A stretch of 64,000 bases of DNA from Pecten maximus (GCF_902652985.1 NC_047024.1:31930001-31994000), one strand, 5' to 3'. Positions 37,401-52,600 are shown, counted from the stretch's first letter. Translations and numbers: made by a program. The notes: a model not told the origin generated them from the letters alone.

Positions 37401-40400
37401 TAAAAAATACTCAACAAATACTCACGAATGCGAAACTTCATGAGGCAATCGAACAGACCGTTGGGAAACAGGAAGCCTTTCAACTCACACGCAAGTCCAA
37501 CTGTCATTCTAAAATCACCGAAAGAGAAAATGATATTACCAACATAACTTTGAAATTATCAAATTAATTCTGTAATTGAACTAATAATTTAGCTGTTATT
37601 TCTTTTTATCAAATCAATAAAAACAATCAGAGACTGATTCAAGGAAAATCAAAACTTCTTCCCGAATCAATTTGAAAAAGTAAATTATTTGATTTTCTTA
37701 TTGTATATGCACATTCTATGAAGTTATATAAAGTTTGTATTATTAAATTAATTGATTTAATTCAATCAATTAATTGATTTAATTCAATCAATTAATTGAT
37801 TTAATTCAATCAATTAATTGATTTAATTCAATCAATTAATTGATTAATCTATATAATTTATTTATTTATGTTACGTCCCATCGACAAAGTGAGTGATTTG
37901 GCTCATTGCTAAGTATTTCCAACGATAAAGGCTTACTACATACAAATGTTCCCTCCACTATAGCAGTAGTAAATGCTTATTTAGAAAAAATAAACAAATT
38001 AAGCGATTACTGATAATTTGTATTAAGGGTGAAATGCTAAAAACATACCTCATGCTGTATATCAAAGTTCCGTTTGCCATGAGCCATACGAAACGGTTGG
38101 CCATTGACGAATCGTGGATATGGGAATGTAATTCGTTTTCAACGTAACTCTCAGCTAGCCATATGTTTCCAAAATATCTACTTCGGACAACGTGGTACGT
38201 CTCATTAAAGTCAGAGTTGTTTTCGAAACGATAACTCAGTCTAGGATCATTCCAGATTTGGTACAAGTAAAATGTGAAGTCGGCTTCCGCCTAAGAAAAT
38301 AAATACATAATCCATATACATTCTACAGTTTATGATTTATAGTATAGATGTCGGACATGTTAACATAGTAATTTACAAATATATACAGAGGAATTGATCG
38401 GGTTAAAGTAACGCATTTCTTGCCGGATGGTTTTGGAGAGATAATATATCTAAGTTTTACATTTAACTCAATCAATTCTGTCCCAGCCATGAAATAATAA
38501 CACAAGCGGCTGAAAACAAACGTCGAATAGAGTTGCCTACATTCGAGGCTCTTTTGCAGACCCACTCGCTGCTATTCATTGTAAGCAGTTTTTTTCTTTC
38601 TTCCTAATGCTTTTTTTGACACTGCTTCGCTTTTGATGAGCGCTAGCCCCTCGGAAGAAAAGATAGTGCCATGTCCTCTGGACGAAACATCTTTATGAAG
38701 TGTGGGTAAGTACCAGATGTTTGCATTTTTGCAATTATTTTGAAAATAAGTACTGTTATTTAGGCCTTACACAAAGAGTTGGCAATTAAATTACAGTACT
38801 ATGAGTAAGCAAGCAAGCAAGCAACTAAATGATACGGAATTCCGTGATGAAATGAAAATCAAAATTGTGTTACTTTTCCCCACAGGATACAAGATCATAC
38901 TGTTTGTCTAGCAGTGATATGCCTGTATATATGTACATCAGTATGTAGTGAACGAATTTGATTTGATTTCGTGATCGTGTTAACGTTAACAGAGTGAAGT
39001 GGCTCATTACTATGCTCAAATTATATTATAGATAGAAACTGAGTGACAAATAATATAAAATAGAATAACAAATTATGCACCTCATGTGAATTAAAGACAT
39101 ATTGAATTATCTACATTTTGTACAGCGATTTATGTATATATGTTTAGATGTCTGTACCATTTAGTTCACAAGCGCGCTTAATATATCAGGCCGCTTATAA
39201 ACCATCGGTCTTTATTTTTTTTTAATTACCAATTTCAAATAAAATAAAGGAACAGCATAGATTAGGTAAATTCATTGTACAGTCAAATAAACAGCGAACG
39301 TTATGATATGTGTTTAGCTACATATATATTGCAAATTTATTGATGTTCTCATAGTGGTAAAATTATTTGATCAAAGTAATAAGTATCACCATATATATGT
39401 GAAACAATGTAGATTGATCTCTATATTATGTACCTTATGTGATATTCATATCATGTATGCTCATGTTGATCTCCATACGTTTTTTTTTGTATTTTTACAA
39501 TATGAAGTATTATGTATTATGTTTGTTCAAAACTGATTGGCTGTCAAGCCAAATGTAATAAAATGAATTGAATTGAAACAGACGTTTCGCTGACCTGGGT
39601 ATAGATGACGGTATACACGTTGCTAAACACATTTATCAAATCTATCAAAGATGATATTGACGTTTAAATAGTGCAGACTCGACAAAGACAAAGTGGACGG
39701 CTTGCAGTTATACTCTTCAGACAGTGATTGAGGTAGGTAATAAACATTGCAGAGTTAAGTTTGATGTTCATGCCGTTGAAGACTTCAAGTGATCATCATA
39801 ATGTACAGCAGTGCCATTCGATGACATTAAGAGAAGGAATTTTAGATATAAACCACAATTATATGAACAGAGTGTTACCTCACAAATTAAGTCAAATGTT
39901 AGGCAACATTGTATATAACGGTAGTTGAATTGAAAGTAGATAGATTTGGCCAATACATGCTTGAGTAACATAGAAGGTATTCAATACATAAGTGCGATTA
40001 CGGTTTACATTATTTTGATTAAAACTACCAAGGCTCTAATATAAAAATGTGTTTTATGTTGTGTCATCCAACCCATCCAACTTCCCGTTTTTTCACAAAA
40101 TCAAGGTACTTAGTAAATGATAAAGCAATAACAGCATTTTGATTTTGGTCGATATATGTTTATATCGACCTGGGGAAATTATTGACTTTGTCCTCAGCCC
40201 ATATTTTCTTTGGTCGATATAACCATGTATCGACCCCCTCAAAATGCTTTACTTGTATAATATAAACATTTCCGTAAACACAAACCGTATCTATGAACCT
40301 CATCTGGGTCATATGTATAGTGATGCGGACATTTGTTTTGTTACCTGGAAAACAAACGAGAAACAACATATACAATATATATATATATATATATAATTTA

Positions 40401-42610
40401 TCTCGTTTAGGAGATACATTGAATTGTGCTACAACGGCTGTAAATAACTAACTACCGGTAGGTGTTCAGGGTTATGACAAGTCTCAACCTACGTTACAGT
40501 ATGCAGTAATTGCACATTTGAGTTACTATGTCAGTACACGAACAAGACTCAATATAGCCTAGACATTGATGGTATTTTAACAATAATCACCTACATTATA
40601 TAGACCGAAACTAAAATCTGAAACAGGTATATACATGTATAAATGTAGCAACTGCCACAAGGATATAACGTTTTTAAACGATGACACGATGATTAGTGAC
40701 GTTAAACTAACAAATCTACCTAACATAAATGAATCACAGATTCGATACATTATCTCAAATCTTGAACCAATTAAATATCTTATGTAGAACACGCTTTGCC
40801 GGATTTCGGAAAGGTATTTCGTACTTACAAGTTTTGCTACACTATTTTTAAAATGTAATTCCAAATCGTTGTGCAGTGATGATATCAAAGTTTTTGTTTA
40901 TCTCGATATAATCTCGTTCTTAATAACATATCTTATATATTACAATGTATGTCTTGTAAATTATCTTTTGGAAATATACTATTTTATGTACAGTGCATTT
41001 ATAATCAGATACAGGTTTGATTTTGATGATACAAGGTTTTAGACGAGTGTCACAAGTGATAGCGATCCCCTCGCATTACACAACACATTTATACTTGCGC
41101 ATCTTGTTCCTGTAAGAGGTGTTTAAAGTAAGAAGACAACTAGGAAAAATCTTTACCCTCAACTTGTTCGAGATATTGCTATGGTTACTCCGTTTCTCAA
41201 GTTTCCTGAAATTCTGTTGAAAAATGAACCTTTGTGACCGTTGATGAAGTTAAATTTGACTGAATTTAAGTTAGGACAATAACTATGCAAATAAGGGAAT
41301 GCTGCATATGAAAAGCGAATTTGTCCAACAGATAGGAATGATAAACTAATGTATCAGGTATCATTAAATCTCGTTGAGGCATGGTGTTATGAGAGCTTTG
41401 ACAATGATAAATGTGAGTGAATTAACCTAAGGGCAATATGAAACCTGTACTCGTATAGGATATTGCGATAATAAAATCATATATAAAGTTCCATGAAATT
41501 CCGTTGAGTTTCGGATATAAACTTTTGAGATTGGTGACAAAATCATATTTGAGTGAGATAACCTAAGGGCAATAACTCTGTATAGAGGAGAGAGCCAGCT
41601 CTGAAAATCAATTCCATCGGAGATGTTGCCATGATAAATTTATGTAACACATTTCATGAAGTTCCATTGAGAAATGAACTCGTGAGAGATAGCGCTAACA
41701 AAATGTGTAATACACTAGCCGAATCCTAGACGACGCAATCGTTTGATATTCTACGTATCATATATAAATGTTTATGGAACAAGCTCATGATATGCCTTAA
41801 ACTCTGTTCGATAAATTTCTATTTCGGCAAACGAATTGTCGACTTGGACGGTATGTGTTTCACAACAATCGTGACGTCACAATAATAATATTATACTTTT
41901 GAGTCATATTATTGATTGCGAAACATATCAGGTTTGTGTTGAAATGTACAATCCTGAAAATACGCCACATGAGAACAATATGTTATACCATACCAAACAA
42001 TGTATTAAGATAGTTTACCGAAATGAAAATCATCTGAACGTAGCAGGTTTGTCAATGTGCGTTGCATGTACAAAATGTGTGACTTACATCTTCTGAGTAA
42101 AATCATTTTTTTCTCGAAGAGAAACATTCATGGATACGATGAGACAACTGTTGAAATCAAATCGACATCCTAACAAAACAGATTAAGCAACACCATGAAA
42201 TGGGTATATATGAGGTTGTGTGAGTGTCACGTAGTCTGGTGGACGCGTTTCTCATGTACCTATGGGAAATTAATCTAAAAAAATATACATTTTACCTGTA
42301 TGATAGAAGGGTGGCTTAGACTGGTCTTTCTGCAACATTTTATCTATTTCATGTCGCCTGAAAAAAATATAATGGAATTGATATCAGCGATACTTTTGAA
42401 AAAAAAATTGACCAACAATTCATTTAAAATTATTTCAAACAGATTAAAAAAATATATGACAGGTTACAATGGTTTACTCTATATAATAGAAATACTAACT
42501 GAATAATATTATATAAATACGTACTGTGCTGGTGCTAATTCAGCTTTGATGCTGCCATATGTGGCTATCGCAAGTAGCATCCAACACGTTTTCAATGATT
42601 TGGTAGCCAT
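34446..42610 (-). CDS. Divergent Cys-loop ligand-gated ion channel subunit (GlyR/GluCl-type), paralog A, 8 coding exons, 432 aa
   Basis: Exons 42610-42525, 42357-42296, 40344-40286, 38290-38049, 37508-37426, 36371-36237, 35383-34935 and 34628-34446 splice in frame. Signal peptide MATKSLKTCWMLLAIATYGSIKA. QIWNDPRL. C-x13-C loop CELKGFLFPNGLFDC. Second loop-C Cys pair. M1 LPSIFIVLVGWLSFWI, M2 SRVKLG, M3 ..AMFEY, M4 EKYFRILY..FW. Confidence 0.9.
37745..37848. repeat. 22-bp quasi-palindromic AT tandem repeat (~4 copies)
   Basis: Unit AATTAATTGATTTAATTCAATC, in the intron between exons 4 and 5 of paralog A. Confidence 0.9.
41420..41740. mobile_element. Degenerate HINE-like relic
   Basis: Two copies of AACCTAAGGGCAATA..TT.CATGAA.TTCC.TTGAG, spaced ~137 bp apart. 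Confidence 0.45.
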
Positions 42611-44574
42611 GATAACCGGCTGTTGTCAACAAAATTATGTCAAGTATATAGGTCTGGAATGAAACACAAAAAGACGAAATGTTTATTAGTGAACATTTCA
42701 TTGGTATTTATTCCTGCACTCAAATATTTGATGTTTGAGTATACTACATCCAAAGTCTTTAACATTGCTGTAGTATTTCAACGGTTTTTTTTTAATTAAT
42801 GTTATGAGATATAAGAACACGTCACAAAAATGTCTTGGCAAAAAGCAACTTCATTTTATGTATATGTTTATATATGTGTGTGAAACGAAAAGCTTTATTA
42901 ACCTTGTTCTTGAAGCTCTCTTCAGTACAAACCATAGTGTCTCTGTATTTCTACAATCTTTGTTTGTATTCGCTTTATATTCGTAATTTAAAACAGGTAA
43001 TCTGCAGCTAATGAAATAATTTTATCATCAACAGTCTTGGAAATGGTAGCCACGTTGCTATTTTTTACTTTAAGTGATTAGATATCGGACAATACAACAT
43101 CCATAAGTTAATGTATCTAAAATATAATTTTGAAACTGAAACTGAAATATAAAAAACCCTTTACTTTAACTTGCGGTAATCATATCTCGTTAAGATCGAC
43201 AAACGATGTAACACTGACGTCGATCGGTGGATATTGATCAGCATTGACTATTAAGAAGTTTATCAGCAAGGGCATGTACAAAATTGTATGCAACATCTAT
43301 CATTGAGTGACATGAAATAGAAAACGTCAATTAACAAGCACACATCAAACTAAATTATAACATATTCTTGTTGGGAAAAATTCCAAATCATCAATCTAGG
43401 TTTTACTTACCCTAGGTAGACCATGTCTCATAGTTGTAAACAGGGAATACATACGTATATCACTAATATAACACCTGCACATTAATGACCGCACAGGGAT
43501 ATCGGTAGCATCAATCATTGGTAGTTTATGAGGTACTTAAGGGCTTTGTGCACGCTGTTCATCAGAGTTGTACAATATCAGGGCCCGATGTGTACCTGGC
43601 TGTAATTAACCGTGTCCATACAGTAAGTAAGGAAACATGAGTGACATAGCAAAACAGAAAGTACCAAAGCTCATCCAAACCTTCGTGAAAATATATGGGT
43701 TATTAAAGACTACCTTATATATTGCTACACCATCTAAATCGAAAAACAAATGTGTTTAGTTTTATTGCACTGGGCTATAATAATTAAGTAAATTAAATAA
43801 CTAAGATTATATAGCTTACCTAAATACCCTAACGTTGAGAAATGTACGTCTAAACTATACTATGCTATATATAACTCACCTAATCACCCTTACTCCGACA
43901 AATGTATGTCTTATAAAATCTCTTTCGGTCATATCATATAACTACCTATCAAAGAAAGAGATTAATTTAACCTGATGGAGTTAACTTATAGCATAGAGAA
44001 ATCAAAGTTTACATAGCTCAGATGAACTCTGAAACATTTGAAAAAAATCTTAACTATCACACATACTATATCATACTGTCTTTTCCTAAGCGCAAATGCA
44101 TAAAAGCTGATAGCGCTCGACTTATAGAATAGATAAATCGAAAATTACATAATTCGCCTAAATACCATAGCCTCTGGAAATGGTAATTTCATTTATGTCA
44201 TTTGATTGGAAACAAGTATAACACTAGCTTATGTATGTAAACTAGGGTAAAGATGTGCATGCAAACAACCAACGTGACATAAGTCGTGGTCAGAGTTCAT
44301 AGAATCATGTTAAAATCGTGTTAAAAAAGTAAGTATTAAGAAGTAATAAAGCACACTTGCTCGTTACAATTGAATTAAATAAAACAAACTTACATCAATA
44401 TGCATACGTCAGCATAAACTGTAACACAGAAATTACAACCACAGGTATCGCAGCCGTGCTATTAAAATTAATTATTTTTTTTGTTATACACAATAATATC
44501 ATATCAATGAGATTTCAAGGAGTATGTAAGACTAATTTATAGAGTGGTATGTTTCCGCGACTCGCGTAGCAAAT

Positions 44575-45775
44575 AGAACTGATGCTAGTGTGTATTGTGA
44601 GGCTTGCGGAGTCAGAACTGATGCTAACGTGTATTGTGAGATTCGCGGAGTAAGAACTGATGCTAGTGTGTATTGTGAGATTCGCGGAGTAAGAACTGAT
44701 GCTCGTGTGAATTGTGAGATTCGCGGAGTAAGAACTGATGCTAGTGTGTATTGTGAGACTCGAGGAATAAGAACTGATGCTAGTGTACATTGTGAGACTC
44801 GTGGAGTAAGAACTTATGATAGTGTGTATTGTGAGATTCGCGGAGTAAGAACTAATGCTAGTGTGTATTGTGAGGCTTGCGGAGTAAGAACTAATGCTAG
44901 TGTGTATTGTGAGGCTTGCGGAGTAAGAACTAATGCTAGTGTGTATTGTGAGGCTTGCGGAGTAAGAACTGATGCTCGTGTGTATTGTGAGATTCGCGGA
45001 GTAAGAACTAATGCTAGTGTGTATTGTGAGATTCGCGGAGTAAGAACTGATGCTAGTGTGTATTGTGAGACTCGCGGAGTGAGAACTGATGCTAGTGTGT
45101 ATTGTGATATTTGCGGAGTAAGAACTAATGCTAGTGTTTATTGTGAGACTCGCGGAGTAACAACTAATGCTAGTGTGTATTGTGAGATTCGCGGAGTAAG
45201 AACTAATGCTAGTGTGTATTGTGAGACTCGAGGAATAAGAACTGATGCTAGTGTACATTGTGAGACTCGTGGAGTAAGAACTTATGATAGTGTGTATTGT
45301 GAGATTCGCGGATTAAGAACTAATGCTAGTGTGTTTTGGGAGACTCGTGGAGTAAGAACTAATGCTAGTGTGTATTGTGAGGCTTGCGGAGTAAGAACTG
45401 ATGCTAGTGTGTATTGTGATATTTGCGGAGTAAGAACTAATGCTAGTGTTTATTGTGAGACTCGCGGAGTGAGAACTGATGCTAGTGTGTATTGTGATAT
45501 TTGCGGAGTAAGAACTAATGCTAGTGTGTATTGTGAGGCTTGCGGAGTAAGAACTGATGCTAGTGTGTATTGTGAGATTCGCGGAGTTACAACTAATGCT
45601 AGTGTGTATTGTGAGACTCGTGGAGTAAGAACTAATGCTAGTGTTTATTGTGAGACTCACGGAGTAAGAACTAATGCAAGTGTGTATTGGGAGACTCGTG
45701 GAGTAAGAACTAATGCTAGTGTGTATTGTGAGACTCGCGGAATAGGAACTGATGCTAGTGTGTATTGTGAGAACC
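44575..45775. repeat. 39-bp minisatellite (~30 copies)
   Basis: Unit GTAAGAACTGATGCTAGTGTGTATTGTGAGATTCGCGGA. Produces the 13-aa-periodic ORFs on both strands. Confidence 0.96.
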
Positions 45776-47692
45776 GTTAAGAAAAACAGCTAATGCATAA
45801 TGCCAGAGTTTGTGGGAATCATGAAGTAAGTAAAAGTATGTATTATAAAAATCCACGAATTAGAAGTATGTACTGTTGTAGTCCAAGAGAAAGTAGAACC
45901 AATGATGCTATGTATTGTAGGAATCTCTGAGAATGCTAGCATATTTTGTGGAAATCTCGTAACAAATATATCTAATGCATGCATATATTGTGGAACTATA
46001 GGAGTACTGGAATGCAGACCTAATGCTAATGGGCTTCGTTGAGACTCGCGTAAGGAAGAAGAACTTACCGCAGTTTGTGTGTGGAGTTCACGAAATAAGC
46101 TAATGTTTACATTTAAAAAAAATTCCTTGAGTACATATATGTAAGTAGAGTTACTGCTAGCAAATATTGAAGGAATTGCACTGTTAGTTGTTACCTAATG
46201 TTAATGTGTATTGTAGGGTTTCCACAAAAGGTTTTGTTTTATTTTTTAACGTCCTATCGACAGCCAAGGTAGCAGTGTACAGTAAAAATGCCCAATTCTG
46301 AAAAATATGGCACATGTTTTAGATATGTTAACATTGCCAGTCAACCCTACATATTACCTATAATAAAGTATATATATTTGTAATCTGTACAACATTTGCT
46401 ATTTTAATACAGCGCTGAAGGATAACTTATTTTTTCTGTGTTTTTAGAGCTGTGAATACCATGGTACATTGTAACAACTTCAAAATTGCTTCAAAATTGC
46501 AAAATATTATGATATTTGACCCAAAATGACACAATTCTCTACACATTTTTTTTCTGAAACCTATTTAAAATTAAATATCTCAATACCAAAGACAGAATTA
46601 ACCTTGTTTTGACAGAAGTTGTACATTAAGTTTTCCCGCTATCTTACCTTGACTATGAGCTTCCGTTTTTCGCTGTAGACAAAACTAAATTTCCTGTGTA
46701 AACAAACTTTCGTAAAACCCGAAAATTGAAAATCCGGAACCAATTTATTTACTTTAGTTTTAATAAAAGTGAAGCCTGTATGTACTACTTCATAATGAAT
46801 ATACCAATTATAGTGTACATTTATTTTAATTTTTTATTTTATGCATATCATAATACAGGAGTTATTTTCTATTAACACTCAGATTGAATAAATATATTTT
46901 GTACCTAGTGACTTTTACATCAATAATATGAGACGGAAATGGCTGGAACGTGACTTGGTTTCATTACTTACCATCTGTTTAAAATAGGAAATTATGTCCC
47001 GTAACATAAACAATATAAAAACAGGGATTACTTGCTATTCTCCTTTTGCACAAATGTGAAATTGTGTAGGTGCATGTACTTTTGATTACAGCGATTGTAT
47101 TCATTGTGTACGATGTGTACATATAGTGGTGTAGTGCTTGTCTTCGTTTTCCTGTTGATTTAAGGGGTTTATTGTCCTTGCAATAGCAGGGCCATATGAG
47201 ATTGGGTGTCAAGGATATACATATAAAAGAAAACAGGGAAAACAAAAATCCCAAAGGTTGGTACATACTAGTTGTAGACTGCCTCTTTTTCATGATACAA
47301 CTGTATCGGCATGGTTAATTTCTTTTAAGTTCAGAGAAATGGCTCAAATAACTGCCACCGCATTGTCGGAATACACCCACCATATATATGTTTGCTGTAT
47401 AAGGCAATGACGGAAAACAGCTGTAGTTTGGAATCTGAGCACGTGCGTCAATTCGACTGACCTACTTTAAAGTGAAACAACGTTTAAAAGGCGAACATAT
47501 TTCTGTCATTTTTGACATCGTTTCACTTCAAAATGATTGTTTTGATGATTTCTTTTCATGACTGTTGCAGAATGAATAGAATACATGGCCAAGGCTCGCC
47601 ACTTTTGTCTTTATTTACCCTCGCCAAAGTACAGCTTATATTTTAAGACACTGACCATGTATTCTCTATGTATGAATCGGTATATATATATA

Positions 47693-48172
47693 TTGCGGAC
47701 ATATTTCTCCACCTAGTCAGTTGGAATCATCAGGATATATATTCAACGCTATCGTTGTAATGGAATTCTTTAAAATTACGTGACTCACCTAGAAATAAAA
47801 AGTGCAATGTCTGAGAATAGATTAAATACGAGATATCTAATGGTAATTAAAATAACACATTGAACAATGGTTCATTGAATTTCTACACTGATATTCCATG
47901 TTTTATATCAGCATGGTATCGGATACATATCAAGCCAATATTGTCCATTCAATTTGGTTGGTAGGTCTGGCCCTTCTGTCTCCATTGGTGTCCATATTAG
48001 CATTTTATTCTTTACGACTCTTGTGTTTTTAGCTCCTCCTGCAGTCTCATTTTCTGTTGAAATGTGGCAACAGCACATACGAAAATGTAGGCAAGCATTA
48101 CAGCAACAAAAATAATAACAATATAAAGTACCATATGTCAAATGATACCACTTTAAAATTAACCGACGGGAA
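47693..48172 (-). pseudogene. Partial unprocessed duplicate of the 3' end of Cys-loop paralog B
   Basis: Reads SVNFKVVSFDIWY, against PVNFKVVSFEVWY in paralog B. Retains the homologous last intron and part of the last exon (GTGGAGAAATATGTCCGCAAT). Has stops, indels and a donor GT changed to AT. Confidence 0.85.
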
Positions 48173-49619
48173 TGATTGAAGAGCCAGATAATTAGTCCAA
48201 CTGCATGTTGCTTGGAAGAGGCGACTAAAAGTGACCCCGCCCTGCAGAATAGGATATTGTTTTCTGATTTTCAGGAACCGCTGCCTCCATCGCAATACCT
48301 GGGTTATTCTTTTTATTTGCTGGTGTTTCCATGACACTCATATCTATTGCGGAACGTTTTATCGCGTAAAGTCAACGATAATGTAAAGCGTCATTTTCAA
48401 CGAAAATTTGTGTTCCTGTCATTTTATAACTTTATTCTTTCCAACAAGTTGACTCCGATGAGAACGGTACACTGAACAAATTCTCAATACAATCGTGTTG
48501 TTTATGTGTGTTTTATTCATCATTTGCTGATTTTCTGTACCACTTGATTAACTTTCATTATTTGTGACTTACAATGTAAATCTAAAGCTACTAGGTAATT
48601 AATGTTGTACATGTCTAGAAAAAAAGTGTAAGTTCATAATGACACAGAAAAATGTAACCGACAGATGACGTACATCCTGCGGTCGTAGCCAATTGTATTG
48701 ATTTTTCTGTTTCTGTAAGTGTAAATTATAACATCCTCCACCTGTCGTAAAAATTCCAATTAGCAATGTGATGCATAAACAGTGTCGTAAACAAAGCTGA
48801 ATGTTTCATAATATAAAAAAGTGATATATACTGTAATTACTTTCCAACAGTAAATACAGATTTTTTTTTACCCAGCATGATCAATTCAAAGGGAACGAAA
48901 ACATACCAATGCAGTTCATGGATTGTGACATAGGGACAGATTAAGAAAAGGAACCAGGATTTTTCATCAGAAGCAATAGGCGATACTGGTATTAAAGCTT
49001 TAATAAGCACACACATTTTTCAGCAATACAATGATAAGGTATATTAATTTGTTCTTATTTGCAACCAAAAGACATACTTTATACTAAACTACTAGCAATA
49101 TATTATCTACTGGCTTGAAAACCAAGGATTTGCATATGTGTCTTACCTTTCATTCTTATCATAGCCGAACATAAAAACATGACCTGAACTAACACGTGTT
49201 TACACTTAGTTTAAATGATAATTTCATCAATAATGAACTCGATGTTTTGGAATATGAAGACATAAATAGCAACGGACTGTATCTGGTACGCAGGTAAGAT
49301 GAAAGAATATATTAATCAAATGTCCATGATACATATATGTTTCACATTACAAAACTCATTCTATAAGTTTAGTGGACATTTTAAACAATTATAAAAATCG
49401 CCATAAAAGAGTTTCTGTATGCATAGATACGCGATATCAGTTAGCATACCAACCTGAGGACTGGATTAATTTCATTATTTTACTTATTTACATATCTGTC
49501 CTTTGGAGGGTCCCATTGTGAAAGTGATTCCTTCAATGATGATATTTGACTGGAAGTATGCGTTTGGTAAGCGGTACCCTATGCTAACGTAGTCCAGGCT
49601 CAAAGTTGTGTCACTAGTA

Positions 49620-52600
49620 TCAGATATCAATTTCTTCATAGTTCAGAGCAATGGTCCAAAATAAGAACTGGAACACAATATATGAAACGGCATACACAAT
49701 GCGGAAATATTTCTCCACCTGGCCTGTTGAAATCATCATGATGTATTTTGCACCGAAGCTGTTGTTCTTTATCACGTCCACGCTATCGTTTGTATTGGAA
49801 TTTTTACCATTTACGGGACCCTCCTGGAAATAAAAACGTGCGATGTCTGAGAAAAGATGAAATTAATTATTAAAACAGCATATTTGATTAACTTCATTAC
49901 TGGTTCGTTTTATTTCCACATTGATATGCAATGTTTTACTCTTAAATAAAAACGCGTGGTATCACATACATACCAAGTCAATATTGTCCATTTCAAGTTG
50001 GTTAGTAGAACTGGTCCTGCTGTCTCCATTGGTGTCCATCATACCGTCTGATTCTTTACGATTCTTTTTCATTTGTTCCTCTTGCAGTTTCATTTTCAGT
50101 TGAAATGCATCAACAGCATGTACGAAAGTGTACTCAAACATTGCAGCAACAACAAATACTAACGACATAATGTACCAGACTTCAAATGATACCACTTTGA
50201 AATTAACTGGCAAGAAGAATTTCGTGCCGACTTGTTCCGTGATCATTGCTAACATAGATAAGGTTCCAAGCTTAATTCTAGCCGAGACTTGGTTTCGTTC
50301 AATCCAGAAACTTAACCACCCGACTAATACAATGAAGATACTTGGCATGAATATACGTACAACATTGCTAGCAAAACTGACCTTGATGCTGACCTTGAGC
50401 TCCAAACACGAACTATCGGTCACTGAAATAGAATAATTATATCTTCGATATTAATAGTAGCTTTAAGGATTGCGATCATTCAGAGTCCATACCAACTGAA
50501 TTTGTATTGCCTTATAAATAAATATGTACAATATTATATGTAAATAAGTGTTAGTAAACATATGACCGAACTATTAGTATTGAACCTGTATAAAATAAAA
50601 ACAGATCTAAAGTGAAAACACAATATGCACAACTGTAATTTATTTCGCTACTTTATTTACGTTTAATCAAACTTGACTTCTTATGTATCAATTCAAGGAA
50701 TGTTTTATCCGACACCTTATGCCTGCATTACCAAATTGGTAATTACTATTTTTATATCCACATTTCCTTTTGTCTTTTAATAATTTTACCTGCACTATTG
50801 TCTAGTACACACTGCAGTGCTTCCCATTTATCTAAGGACACTTCCTCATTGTCGAAATCCACAGGAAGCATCGGTTGCAGATCAGTATCCCATTTCAATG
50901 ATACTTTGTCTTTTGTGTACGAATCTAAATGTATAAGAAAACACGTTTTTTTCGAGCAAGGATATACACCTCTGAATATTTCACTGCTCATTACCTTATA
51001 TATATTTTCTTCATAGGTTGTAAAGATTAGTAATTTTCAGCAGAATTTTATAGTTGATAAGAAAAAGTATGCATAAGGACGTTAGTACATGATTTACTTG
51101 TTTCCGTATCATCCTTTATTCTTTCATATGTACATGTTCCATTTACCTCGACAAATACACTATAAGCTAGATATATTCCAATAAGATGACTTAAATCATT
51201 TTCATTGGTTGATAAGATTATTTAGTTATAAATCGGTTGTTGAGTATTTCAAAGGAAAGTAATGTCACGTAATAGGGAATATGCTACCATTTCTGTTCTA
51301 TTTGTTCCCATATTAGTTTACTGAAAACAGCTCTACTTAATATCTTATAAAGATACTTTATTATTAAGTAGAATATACAATTGAAAATAACGTGTTATCT
51401 TATTCTTTGCATGCACATTAATATATTTTCAATGATTGAAAATGATAAGTTACTCTTTTTTATCATATTTATTCTTTGCATGCACGTTTACATATTTTAC
51501 TTCAATATTTAAAAATAATAAGTTATTCTTTTTTATTATATTCTTTGCATGCATATTAATGTACATTAACTTCATTGACATAAAGCTGTTGATAGGACGT
51601 TAAACAATAATAAAACAAACCAAACGAAATATATAACTTAAGAAGTTGGAAATTATATTATTTTCTTTTTTATCCTATTCTTTGCATGCAGATTAATATA
51701 TATAACTTCCGCCGAATATATCTGGATAGTTCTTAAATGTTATAACAAAAATAACTTGGTTACACACAATACTTGCGTTTGTAAGCAATACTCGTTCTTA
51801 AATCATATTAACCATATTGGTATTCAATGCTAAAAAAACATTGGTTAATATACATTCGGAACTGATTCAGGAAGATATCCTCTTCGTTCAAATTTAATTC
51901 CTTCGTTTAAAATGAAAATCGAAAAATTTTTACCGACGAAAATAACCGGCTATGTATAAACCACAAATCAATAGTAACTGGTTAAAAAGTGAACGAAGCA
52001 TATAGCCTAGAAATCGATACAAATCACTATTATAAAATGTGTAGGGAATTCTCGGTTGTAACTTGAAGTGATGTTGGTCATTTAACATAAAACACCTTCG
52101 TAATGTATTTTACTTTTCGAAAAAAACTTAATTTGTTGTGAAAAATATAGGTTGCATTTCAATCATGAAAGGGATTTATCTGTATTGTTTTGAGGTCATC
52201 ATAGGAAAAATTACATAAACAAACAAATAAAAATACGTCATTACTGCCACTTCATTATGAGAACGACCACAATATGCGTTTGATCTTTATTACACATTGT
52301 AGACTAGACTATGACTACGTAAACTTACGAATTCTAAACTTTAGCCTGCAGACAAATAGAGCATTTGGGAAAAGAACACCTCTCAAAGTACATGCAAGTC
52401 CAGCTGTGATTCTGAAAAGTTGAAAATAGATGATTTATCATATGTATATAACACGAAAGTACGTTTAATAACATGAATTGAGATTGTTCACATGGTTTCT
52501 TATACACTTTTTTGTATTTTGAAGAAATGTTCATAAATCAAGGTACGTGAATGAGTCTCTATTGAATTGCGAAAGTCAGATATATAGACAATGTGCTGAA

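Noticed and set aside
38633-38724. Hammerhead-like pieces (TTGATGAG; GTCC-TCT-GGAC-GAAA; CATCT...AGATG-TT)
   Set aside because: The core reads TTGATGA, is ~30 nt from the stem II candidate, and no stem I pairing is evident.
44590-45780. 396-aa Cys-rich ORF and the antisense Ser/Thr-rich ORFs
   Set aside because: A product of a 39-bp (13-codon) minisatellite that is open on both strands, with no true ATG, unique flanking coding sequence or splice signals.
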